DNA of 64,000 nt from Candidatus Peribacteria bacterium (GTDB lineage: Bacteria; Patescibacteriota; Gracilibacteria; Peribacterales; Peribacteraceae). The notes beneath the pieces were generated by a model. It made no database searches. It was given only the letters and a program-made list of their open reading frames with translations, and had not been told where the DNA came from. Shown here piece by piece: positions 35,949 to 44,110 of this stretch; the first letter of the stretch is position 1, and the number at the start of each line of letters is the position of its first letter. A program made the position numbers and the translations under genes. Where the stretch lies: NCBI GenBank assembly GCA_043776335.1, contig JAYVRL010000011.1, forward strand, positions 23,643 to 87,642. The letters are read 5' to 3'.

Positions 35949-36414
35949 GCGGTACATTACGAAGAGCAAGAATTTTCTCGAAGGAGGGAACACGTACAGG
36001 AAGAAATGGCGGAGATTCATCGGTGTGAAAAAAAAGATTCCAGGCAAAAAGTCTACCAGACGCGCTTTGGCCTTTCAATTTGCATCCGAAAAGCTCCGTC
36101 GCCGAGTTCGTTCTGCGCCGACGTCTCATCAGGAGGTTTTCTCCTCCTCTTTTTGTCGGCTGTTTTGGATCCGAAGACCAGTTTGCCTTCTTTCGTCGTG
36201 ATTTTTCGGTGTTGCCGCCGTCTTTCAAGTTTTGATTGGCAGCTTCCAGCAACGCGGCCACGGCTTTTTGCGCCTCAGCCGACAATTCTTTGTACGCCGC
36301 GTTCAGCGTCTCCAAAGACGGGGGCATGAAGGCGATTTCCTTGCCGTTGAGCGCGCGGGTTTTCCTGTCGACTTCGAGCACGTCGGCGACGTATTTGTCG
36401 ATCATCGTTTTCAA
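35833..36414 (-). CDS. Hypothetical protein; only the first 70-95 codons look coding
   Basis: Starts 6 nt after the stop of the 36420-38135 gene. The N-terminal MKTMIDKYVADVLEVD...AVAALLEAANQNLKDGG region is GC3-rich. The R-rich remainder loses the GC3 bias and overlaps the methyltransferase start. Confidence 0.35.
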   Translation of the reverse strand: MKTMIDKYVADVLEVDRKTRALNGKEIAFMPPSLETLNAAYKELSAEAQKAVAALLEAANQNLKDGGNTEKSRRKKANWSSDPKQPTKRGGENLLMRRRRRTNSATELFGCKLKGQSASGRLFAWNLFFHTDESPPFLPVRVPSFEKILALRNVPHAISDAQNVPRSDRRRLPPFGLRRARMSPPARRGIRTL

Positions 36415-36419
36415 CTTTT

Positions 36420-38135
36420 TCAGCTCGGCGGGAGTGTTGTCTTTGTTTCGCCGGCTTTACTTTTCGCGTCTTTTAGCTCTTCCAATCGCTTCTCGAGCTT
36501 CTGGCGATCTTTGATCGCTTTCTTCAGTTCGTTCTTCGCTTGGTCGAGTTTGTCTTTCTTCACCGCGATCGCCTCGTCCTTCGGGTTTTTATCGATGTCT
36601 TTCTCGAGCCCTTCAATCGTTTCGTCGAGAGACTTTTCTTTCACCTTCGAATCCTTGATGTCACTCTCCGCGGTTTTGATTTCTCGGTCTCGTCCCTCGT
36701 CCGTGAGTTCGGTGACCGGCTTTTTGGAGTTTGTCGTTTCTGCCTTTTTCTCTTTGCCGATATTTTTGAATTTGCCGCTGATGCCCATCAGCACTTGCAC
36801 GAGACCGACGATGGCCATGATGCCGCGCAGATTGTCCTGCGTCATCCGCACCTCGCCTTTCTCCGCATTGCTCTGCTCGGGGTCGACGCCCATCATGAGG
36901 AGTGTTCCTTGGATGATCAATCGGTCGTTCTCGTTTTTGCCGCTCAATCCTTTGAGCAAATTGAGAACGCCCTGACGCTGTTTTTCGTTCAAACCGCCGG
37001 AACGCTCCGGTGTTCTGCGGCTTTCGGTCGCGATCCCGTCGAAGGCTTTCTTCTGGTCGGGTGTGAGCGAATCCAAGAATTTTTGCGTCTCCGGCAAGGC
37101 CGGTGTTTTCGTCGCAGACACGGGCAGTCTGTTCAGGACATCCTGCTGCACGTTCCGCGGCAACTGATCGAACGCCGTGAGCGCGGGAACGATCGTTTCT
37201 CTCTGTTCCTCGGGGATGGCGTTCAGGGTGCGGGCGACGGGTCCTTGCGTTTCTGAGGGCAGCTGCTCAACCGCCGTTCGCACCGCAGCGGGCTCGAGGC
37301 TGCTGACACCGTTATCAAGATCGAAACGCGTGTTTTCACCCGCGCCGACGCCCGTGCGGTTCGGATTGTCGACGGAGCCGACGCCCTGATTTTGTCCCGC
37401 ATTCGGATCGAACGGCATGCCGATGAGCATGTCGATCTGACGCTGCACTTGATCGTGTCGATTTTTGAGTCCCATGAGGTCGTTCAGCTGAGGCTGGAGA
37501 CGACTGAACTCTGCGGCCGCGAGCATTTGTCTGCCTCCCGTTAGATTTTTGGCGCGGGTGTTATTCACGCGCATCTGCTGCACGCGGAAGTCGCGGTCGA
37601 TATTGTTGAAACCGCGCTCCATCCGGACGATCTGCGCGTTCAACTGTTTCAGTTCCTGACGGAGCGACACGAGCTCCGGATTTTGCGGCGGGCCTTCGCG
37701 CAGGGTCGAGATTCGTCCGCGTCCGTTGGCGAAGCTGACGTGCAGTCCCATCGAATGAAGAGACGGATCATCGGGTGGATTGCCGACGCGGTTGCGATCG
37801 GACACATGCCTTTCGATTTCGCTGCGCGATTCCTTGCCGCTTTCGACACGCTGCAGCAGTTCGTCGTATTTCACTTGTTCCGCATTGAGAATGAGATCAC
37901 GCGATTCGTTCGCGCTCGTCGTCGTGCTTTCCTGCCTGCGAGCGGCTTCGTCGCCGATGCGTTCGGCTGTTTGCTCGGAGTTCAGTCCCTCGAAAGATCG
38001 CGGCTCGACCGGCGCGCGCTCAGAGGCCTCCTGTGAAAGACTCGGCTCGTTATTCGTCCCGCCCGGACTCATCGAGAGCAAGCGCTGCTCGGCGAGTGTG
38101 TGGCTGTGCCGAAAGTGGCGGGAGAAGAGTGACAT
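36420..38135 (-). CDS. Large hypothetical protein (about 571 aa)
   Basis: Polar, disordered-looking N-terminal part, one hydrophobic segment (GIMAIVGLVQVLMGISG) and a K/E-rich coiled-coil C-terminus. No family recognised. ATG 38168 is the alternative start. Confidence 0.6.
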   Translation of the reverse strand: MSLFSRHFRHSHTLAEQRLLSMSPGGTNNEPSLSQEASERAPVEPRSFEGLNSEQTAERIGDEAARRQESTTTSANESRDLILNAEQVKYDELLQRVESGKESRSEIERHVSDRNRVGNPPDDPSLHSMGLHVSFANGRGRISTLREGPPQNPELVSLRQELKQLNAQIVRMERGFNNIDRDFRVQQMRVNNTRAKNLTGGRQMLAAAEFSRLQPQLNDLMGLKNRHDQVQRQIDMLIGMPFDPNAGQNQGVGSVDNPNRTGVGAGENTRFDLDNGVSSLEPAAVRTAVEQLPSETQGPVARTLNAIPEEQRETIVPALTAFDQLPRNVQQDVLNRLPVSATKTPALPETQKFLDSLTPDQKKAFDGIATESRRTPERSGGLNEKQRQGVLNLLKGLSGKNENDRLIIQGTLLMMGVDPEQSNAEKGEVRMTQDNLRGIMAIVGLVQVLMGISGKFKNIGKEKKAETTNSKKPVTELTDEGRDREIKTAESDIKDSKVKEKSLDETIEGLEKDIDKNPKDEAIAVKKDKLDQAKNELKKAIKDRQKLEKRLEELKDAKSKAGETKTTLPPS

Positions 38136-38136
38136 G

Positions 38137-38490
38137 CTAATGTTGGGGATCTGAAAATTTGGACTCAAGCGCGGTGATGTCTTGGTCTTCGCCGGCTTGC
38201 ATCTTTTGTTCCAACGATTTCATTCCCGTGCGTTTGTGAGCGGCGAATTGTTTCAACCAATCTTTTTCGAATTCCCCCATGCGCGCGTCATATTCTTTGA
38301 ACGCTTCGGTGAAGCGCGCAGTCATTTCAGCGCGTTCCTCGGGGAGAGCCTCTCGGAGCCACTGTTTCGTGCGTTCGAGATTGCCGCTCAAAAGATCGGG
38401 CTCGATCTCGTCCATGATGGCATCGTAGAGCTCGGTGCCGTCGAGGAGGACGGATCCGTTCATGACCGATGAGCAGAGCGTGTGCGGCAT
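38137..38490 (-). CDS. Small acidic helical hypothetical protein
   Basis: First gene of a three-gene minus-strand operon. MNGSVLLDGTELYDAIMDEIEPDLL... Start is ATG 38490 or 38463. Confidence 0.5.
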   Translation of the reverse strand: MPHTLCSSVMNGSVLLDGTELYDAIMDEIEPDLLSGNLERTKQWLREALPEERAEMTARFTEAFKEYDARMGEFEKDWLKQFAAHKRTGMKSLEQKMQAGEDQDITALESKFSDPQH

Positions 38491-38591
38491 GGATGTCGGT
38501 ATGAATATTTCACATTATTATAGCAGAGGATGCTTCCGGTCGCAACGACCTCCTCTGCGTCATCCTCAGCCTCGTGAGGTACCATGCACTC

Positions 38592-40241
38592 ATGCGCATC
38601 TTCACATTTCCACTCCTTGCATTCGCTGTTTTTCCCGCAACCGCGCTTGCGCTCACCATTCAGCCAGCTCATCTGTACACGGATGTTCGTACCGCGAGTC
38701 CCGAAGCCGCGGGCATCAACATGCTCAGTCGCGAAGGCCTCGTGCAGGGCTATCAAAACGGTTTCTTCGGTGTCAGTCGTCAAATCAATCGAGCGGAATT
38801 TCTGAAGATCGCGATGGGTGCCGTCGGTGGCGCATCTGAGGGCACGAGCGGCGATTGTTTCCCCGATGTGCGCAGCCAGTGGTTTGCTCCGTACGTCTGC
38901 ACGGCCAACGCGCAGGATATCGTCGCGGGATATTCGGACGGCTTTTTTCATCCCGAACAAACGGTGAGTTACGGAGAAGCGTTGAAAATACTTGATGTGC
39001 TCTTTGGGTATGAGGTCTCACCCGCAAAAGGTGCGCATTGGGCGGAGTCGTATTACATGGCGGCCGTCGCCAAGCAGACCGATCTTCCTGTCACGATTGA
39101 TTTGGACAGGCCGCTTACCCGAGGTCTTGCCGCGCGTCTTCTTGCCGCGTTTCTTGCGGAGTCCAAAGGGCAGCTACCCGTTCTTCGTCTCGCGGAGGCT
39201 GGACAGTATCTGCCGGAATCTTCTTCGAGCAGCATGAGCTCGTCGAGTTCCTCAATGTCTTCGTCTTCTTCCGTCTCTTCATCGTCTTCGCCTGTCGCAT
39301 TCGCTCCGCTCTTCACGCTTCCGTCCGTGAGTCATTTTTTGATCACGGGGCAGAAGTCCGATGCCGTCGCCGATATCATCGTTCGCAGCACGACGGAGAC
39401 CGCGCACATTGCATCCGTGCAAGTGAAACTGGCGAACGAAGTGCTCTCACTCGACACGCTGGAGCTCGTGAACGCATTGGATGGAACGCTTGTCGCTGTG
39501 CTGACGAAGCGGACGACGACCGACATCGCGGATTACAAACTGACGTATGAAGCGCAGATCGCGTTGTCTTCTCAGATGCAGATTCCCGCAGACAAAGACG
39601 TTCGTTTGGTGCTCCGCGCGAACATTCGTGCGATCGGCAACAACGGCGCATCCGAACAGCTGTTGCAAGTTCGCACGTTCTCCGTGACGCTCCACGGCGA
39701 CACTTCGTTCAATACGTTCAATATTCCGGCCGTCGCGCCTTTTCCGAAGCATCAGACGTCGTTCGGTCGCATCGTGAAGGTGCTGCGCACATCGCCCGCC
39801 TCCGCTCCGATGGCGTCATCCGTCGGTGCCGTTGTCAGTGCATTTTCTTTCAGCGGCAGCTCCGTCGCCGACAAGTCACTCACGATCGAGAGTCTCACGT
39901 TCTCCGTGACGCGCACGGGCAATTTCACCGCGTCCAATTGGAACCTTCGACCGCAAGGTTCCGCTCTTTCCGTGCCGTGCACGATCAGCCAAGACGGATT
40001 GACCGTCAGCTGCTTGAACATTCAGTCCATCGGCGGGATTCCTTCGGCAACGCCGCTTGCGCTTGAGCTTCGTGCGGATCTTGCCCTGCCGAACGGTGTG
40101 ACAAACGCGACTCTGCAGACGAACCTCACTTCCGCAGGGTCACCGGAACAACTCGGTGCGGTGCAGTGGACGGACGGCTCAGGGCATTTCCGTTGGATCG
40201 AAGGCAACGGCGTCATCGCTACCGGCACATATCTTCAGTAG
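38592..40241 (+). CDS. S-layer-homology (SLH) domain surface protein
   Basis: Signal peptide MRIFTFPLLAFAVFPATALA. SLH-like repeats (FTDV-type YTDVRTASPEAAGINMLSREGLVQGY, FPDVRSQWFAPYVCTANAQDIVAGYSDGFFHPEQ). A 24-residue Ser-rich linker. TACCAT lies 6 nt upstream of the ATG. Confidence 0.78.
   Translation: MRIFTFPLLAFAVFPATALALTIQPAHLYTDVRTASPEAAGINMLSREGLVQGYQNGFFGVSRQINRAEFLKIAMGAVGGASEGTSGDCFPDVRSQWFAPYVCTANAQDIVAGYSDGFFHPEQTVSYGEALKILDVLFGYEVSPAKGAHWAESYYMAAVAKQTDLPVTIDLDRPLTRGLAARLLAAFLAESKGQLPVLRLAEAGQYLPESSSSSMSSSSSSMSSSSSVSSSSSPVAFAPLFTLPSVSHFLITGQKSDAVADIIVRSTTETAHIASVQVKLANEVLSLDTLELVNALDGTLVAVLTKRTTTDIADYKLTYEAQIALSSQMQIPADKDVRLVLRANIRAIGNNGASEQLLQVRTFSVTLHGDTSFNTFNIPAVAPFPKHQTSFGRIVKVLRTSPASAPMASSVGAVVSAFSFSGSSVADKSLTIESLTFSVTRTGNFTASNWNLRPQGSALSVPCTISQDGLTVSCLNIQSIGGIPSATPLALELRADLALPNGVTNATLQTNLTSAGSPEQLGAVQWTDGSGHFRWIEGNGVIATGTYLQ
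39219..39290 (+). repeat. Ser-rich low-complexity coding tract
   Basis: Encodes SSSSSMSSSSSSMSSSSSVSSSSS within the SLH protein. Confidence 0.8.
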
Positions 40242-40251
40242 ACACGCGGAA

Positions 40252-40273
40252 GCAGTCGAGGGGAATCGACTGC
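40252..40273. terminator. Perfect 8-bp hairpin between the SLH gene and the small minus-strand ORF
   Basis: gcagtcga-ggggaa-tcgactgc. No strong U-run. Confidence 0.4.
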
Positions 40274-40296
40274 GTCATCGCGAATCGTCGCTTTGA

Positions 40297-40398
40297 TTAC
40301 TGGAAGTTAGCGGAGATCACGAGCAAGAATGCGCTCGCGAACGTCGTCCACAATGTGGCCAACACGGCCAATTTCTCCTTGTGTTCGTCGTGTGACAT
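40297..40398 (-). CDS. Candidate 33-aa hydrophobic micro-protein (not in the ORF track)
   Basis: ATG...TAA encodes MSHDEHKEKLAVLATLWTTFASAFLLVISANFQ. GC3-rich. TATAAT (40425-40430) lies about 30 nt upstream, and the hairpin at 40252-40273 lies downstream. Confidence 0.3.
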   Translation of the reverse strand: MSHDEHKEKLAVLATLWTTFASAFLLVISANFQ

Positions 40399-40443
40399 AA
40401 GTGTGTGTGAAGAAGTAATGTTAGTATTATACTATATTTTTGA

Positions 40444-41289
40444 TTATTTAGCAAGCACCTTCCTCAGCTCCTCTGCCATCGTCAGAGCTTCTTTTTGAGC
40501 AGCTTGTTGCCAGTCGGATCCTGCGGAAGCGTACAGAATGCTGCGGGAGGCGTTTACGATCGCTCCCGTGGCATCGGGCAAGAATCCCGCTTTGCAGTCG
40601 TCGGCGGTCCCTCCCTGTGCGCCGTAGCCCGGGATGAGGAACGGCACGTGTGGCATGAGCGTGCGCAGGTATTTCAGCTCTTCGGCGTAGGTCGCTCCCA
40701 CGACTGCGCCCATGCATGAGAGGTTGCTCTCGGTTCCAAGTCCTTCCGCAGCCCAACTCTCCACGAGCTGCGCCATGTATTCATGCACCGCTTCATCCCC
40801 CGTCGGCAAATCTTGAAGTTCACCCGAGCTCGGGTTGCTCGTTTTCACGAGAACGTATATTCCGCGATCGTTCTTGAGACAGCGATCCATGAATGGTTTG
40901 ATGCCGTCCGAGCCGAGGTACGGCGTGACGGTGAGTGCGTCGATCGGGCTGTCTTTGCCGAGGTACGCGTCGGCATACGCTTCGCACGTCGAGCCGATGT
41001 CGTTTCTTTTGCCGTCCGCGATGACGATCAGATTTTTTTTCTGCGCGTGCGCGCAGACTTCGAAGAACACTTTCATTCCTTGCCAGCCGAGCAGCTCGAA
41101 GTACGCCATTTGCGGCTTCACGGCGCAGGCGACCTCGCCGACGGCGTCGATGATCCCGCAGCAAAATTGCTTCACGCCTTCGGGATTCTTTTCGATTCCT
41201 TCGGGGAGCTTCGAAAGCACGGGATCGAGACCCACGCAGACCGGCGATGTCTTTTTGATCCGCTCAGTGAGTCGATCGGCGTAGTGCAT
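40444..41289 (-). CDS. pyrF: Orotidine-5'-phosphate decarboxylase (type 2)
   Basis: SPVCVGLDP, IADGKRNDIGST and PGYGAQGG. Start at ATG 41289 (TATTGT 7 nt upstream); ATG 41325 is the alternative. Confidence 0.9.
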   Translation of the reverse strand: MHYADRLTERIKKTSPVCVGLDPVLSKLPEGIEKNPEGVKQFCCGIIDAVGEVACAVKPQMAYFELLGWQGMKVFFEVCAHAQKKNLIVIADGKRNDIGSTCEAYADAYLGKDSPIDALTVTPYLGSDGIKPFMDRCLKNDRGIYVLVKTSNPSSGELQDLPTGDEAVHEYMAQLVESWAAEGLGTESNLSCMGAVVGATYAEELKYLRTLMPHVPFLIPGYGAQGGTADDCKAGFLPDATGAIVNASRSILYASAGSDWQQAAQKEALTMAEELRKVLAK

Positions 41290-41354
41290 TGCCGCTACAA
41301 TAGCGGTGTCTCCGTATATTTGCAAAATTACTAAATTTATTTCATAATATCTTT

Positions 41355-42053
41355 ATGTCGGTGAAAAGTTTTGAACATTCGCAGAGGGAAACATCCAAAG
41401 GTTCCAGAGCTATCAGCCGGAACAAATTCAACGCGATTCTCAAGGCGCAACAACTCGCTCCACAACTTGTCGAAGAGTTTGGCGCACGCCTTCGAGAACT
41501 AAGCGACTTGGGTATGAATCAGACGGAGATCGCTCGCTCGCTTGCGGAGAGCGAATTGACGAAAGACGACTACGGAAATTTTGAGATTCTTCGCACCGCC
41601 GTGAGTGAAGCCGTGCGCAAAATTTTGACCCCTGAAGAAGCGGAGGAGCGCAGATTGGATGCGTGGAGGCGTGGTCTTGCATCCGTGCCGGCGGCGATGC
41701 GAGAAGAAGGAAGACGAAAAGGTCTGGAAAAATCTCATTTGCTGAAAGATTGGAAGCCCGAAGAGGAAAAAATTCTTTTGGAAACGGCGCCTTTGCATCT
41801 GCATCCCGCAGAAAGCAGATATCGCGGGAGGATTGATTGGGGTCACGTCACTGCTGTGATGCACGGCATTCAAGGCTTTCGGAAACGCGAAGCAAATGCT
41901 TACAAACAACGATATTCGATTCTTCGAAACGCCGGAGAAGCCCAGCCTTTGGGCAGCGCCGCAGATACAAGGTCGGAGGCCTTGGAGATGCATGAAGCCT
42001 CGGAGCATCATGCGGACAATACGCATTCTGAAAATCTCAGAGTTGTGAGTTAA
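41355..42053 (+). CDS. Hypothetical protein
   Basis: CATAAT lies 6 nt upstream of the ATG. No family recognised. The stop overlaps the comM stop (shared TTAA). Confidence 0.55.
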   Translation: MSVKSFEHSQRETSKGSRAISRNKFNAILKAQQLAPQLVEEFGARLRELSDLGMNQTEIARSLAESELTKDDYGNFEILRTAVSEAVRKILTPEEAEERRLDAWRRGLASVPAAMREEGRRKGLEKSHLLKDWKPEEEKILLETAPLHLHPAESRYRGRIDWGHVTAVMHGIQGFRKREANAYKQRYSILRNAGEAQPLGSAADTRSEALEMHEASEHHADNTHSENLRVVS

Positions 42054-43549
42054 ACCCCGACGCTCTGTCGATATTGCAACGCCTCCGCGATGTGGTTGCG
42101 GCCGATTTTTTCCGCGCCTTCCAAATCCGCGATCGTGCGCGCCACCTTGATCGTGCGGTGATAGGTGCGTGCGGAAAAGCCGAGCTTCGTCGCGGCTTGC
42201 GAGAGCAGCTGTTCGCTCGGCGCGTCGAGCGGGCAGAGCAGATCCAGATCGCGCACGCTCATCTCTTTGTTCGTCGAGATCGACATACCCTGAAAGCGTG
42301 CCAGTTGGCGCTGTCTGGCCGAGAGCACGCGCGCGCGGATCACCGCGCTGGTTTCGGTCGTCGGGTCGGGCTTGCGTCGCAGATCGCTGATCTCCACGGG
42401 TTGCACGTCGATCGTGAGATCGATGCGGTCGAGCAACGGCGCGGAGATTCTGCGCTTCATGCGTTCGGCGGATGCCGCGCTAAATTTCGGCGGGTTCATC
42501 GCCGCGACGAGAATGAAATCCGCGGGGAACGTCACCGTGGCTTGCGCGCGATTGATCGTGATGCGACGATCTTCCATCGGTTGGCGCAACACTTCGAGAA
42601 CCTGCGACGGGAATTCCGCGAGTTCGTCGAGGAACAAGACTCCGCGGTGCGCGAGAGAGATTTCTCCGGGGATCGGATGTTGTCCTCCGCCGACGATCGC
42701 CACACCGCTCGCCGTGTGATGCACGGTGCGCAGCGGTCGTTCCAACAAGAGTGGAGTTTCGATCGGCAAGAGATTCGCGACGGAGTAGATGCCGGTGACT
42801 TCCAAGGATTCTTCGCGCGAGAGCGGGGGGAGAATGCCTCGCAGCGCGTTGGCGAGCAATGTTTTGCCCGATCCCGGAGCGCCCGAGAGCAGCACATTGT
42901 GGCCGCCAGCGGCTGCGATCTCCAGCGCGCGTTTGGCGAGAATTTGTCCCCGCACGTCGGAAAAATCCACATGTGTTTTCGTTTCCGGAGCGGATGCCGG
43001 CGTGTCGATCGTCGGCGGTTCCATCTCTCCGCGCAGACACGCGATGACGTCTTTCAGATTGTTGAGCGCGAGTACCCGAAGGCCCGGCACGAGCGCGGCT
43101 TCGGCTCCGTTTTGTTCCGGTACGACGATCGACTTGATGCCGAGATCGCGGCAAGCGAGAGCGCATGACAGCACGCCGGTCACATGACGGAGCGATCCGT
43201 CGAACGCCAGCTCGCCGAGGAATGCCGTCTCTTTCATCGCCTTCGGCGGCAAGTCGATGACGTTGTTGCTCTGGAGGATGCCGAGCGCGATCGCGAGATC
43301 GAAACGCGAACCCGTTTTGCGGATGTGCGCGGGCGCGAGATTCACGTTCGTGATGCGACCCATCGGCGTGCGGTAGCCGCACGCTTTCAGCGCCATCATC
43401 ACGCGTTGTTTGCTTTCTTGGATCGCCGCATCGCCGAGTCCGACGATGGAAAATTTCGGTTCGCCCGCGGTCGGGATGACGCCGATCTCGACGTCGATGC
43501 GGAGTGCTTTCAGTCCGACAGTGGTGAATGAGGTGAGTTGTGTGAGCAT
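42050..43549 (-). CDS. comM: YifB/ComM family Mg-chelatase-like AAA+ ATPase
   Basis: Lon-protease-like N-terminal domain, Walker A LLSGAPGSGKTLLA, VLFLDELAEF and LLDRIDL. Confidence 0.92.
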   Translation of the reverse strand: MLTQLTSFTTVGLKALRIDVEIGVIPTAGEPKFSIVGLGDAAIQESKQRVMMALKACGYRTPMGRITNVNLAPAHIRKTGSRFDLAIALGILQSNNVIDLPPKAMKETAFLGELAFDGSLRHVTGVLSCALACRDLGIKSIVVPEQNGAEAALVPGLRVLALNNLKDVIACLRGEMEPPTIDTPASAPETKTHVDFSDVRGQILAKRALEIAAAGGHNVLLSGAPGSGKTLLANALRGILPPLSREESLEVTGIYSVANLLPIETPLLLERPLRTVHHTASGVAIVGGGQHPIPGEISLAHRGVLFLDELAEFPSQVLEVLRQPMEDRRITINRAQATVTFPADFILVAAMNPPKFSAASAERMKRRISAPLLDRIDLTIDVQPVEISDLRRKPDPTTETSAVIRARVLSARQRQLARFQGMSISTNKEMSVRDLDLLCPLDAPSEQLLSQAATKLGFSARTYHRTIKVARTIADLEGAEKIGRNHIAEALQYRQSVGV

Positions 43550-43669
43550 GGGATGTCGCGGGGAAGTGGAAAAGTAAGGAGGTAAACGTATGGTGTACTA
43601 TCGTACACCTCAGCGCAAGGCAGAACGCAAGACAAAGCCCTTTGACTGTGGTGTAGTGATGAGCGGTCC

Positions 43670-44032
43670 ATGTTCACCACTCAAGAAATCGGCGCTCACG
43701 GCGAAGACACGGCGGCTCGGTATCTCGCGCGCAGCGGCTATCAAGTACGCGAGCGCAATGTCCGTTTCAAGCGAGACGAAATCGATATCGTCGCGTTTGA
43801 TCGAGCTGAAAAAATGATCGTGTTCGCCGAAGTGAAAACACGCTCTTCTCATTCCGAGCGGTATCCCATTCATACGGCAGTGGATCTTCGAAAGCGTCGC
43901 GCGATGAGACGCGCCGTCGCCGCGTGGGTGCTCGCACATCAATTCGAAGGTTCGGGGAGAATCGACATTCTTTCGGTCTGTGAGGGCCGCATCGTGGAGC
44001 ATCTCAAAGACATCGGTTCGGATTTTTTCTGA
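43670..44032 (+). CDS. yraN: YraN family (UPF0102) endonuclease-like protein
   Basis: GAHGEDTAARYLARSGYQVRERNVRFKRDEIDIVAFD...FAEVKTR pattern. Confidence 0.85.
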   Translation: MFTTQEIGAHGEDTAARYLARSGYQVRERNVRFKRDEIDIVAFDRAEKMIVFAEVKTRSSHSERYPIHTAVDLRKRRAMRRAVAAWVLAHQFEGSGRIDILSVCEGRIVEHLKDIGSDFF

Positions 44033-44110
44033 GTCAGATAATAAAACATAGTTTATAGATTTGTCATCTGCCGATGGGTGGGTACAGAACGTGTTTTGTG
44101 GTACAATGAC

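Noticed and set aside
35337-36329. A plus-strand 330-aa ORF downstream of tRNA-Leu.
   Set aside because: It is antisense to the TylF-like methyltransferase, which has clear motifs. It is Arg/His-rich shadow frame.
39219-39290. The Ser-codon tract considered as a variable-number tandem repeat or contingency locus.
   Set aside because: The codons are mixed (tct/tcg/agc/tcc/tca) rather than a pure nucleotide repeat. This is more consistent with a selected Ser-rich linker than with a slippage-prone tract.
43590-43817. A 75-aa ORF preceded by a perfect AAGGAGGT SD 6 nt upstream of its ATG.
   Set aside because: It overlaps yraN out of frame, and yraN has clear family motifs. The SD-like string may be fortuitous. 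A short upstream peptide cannot be excluded, but nothing supports it.
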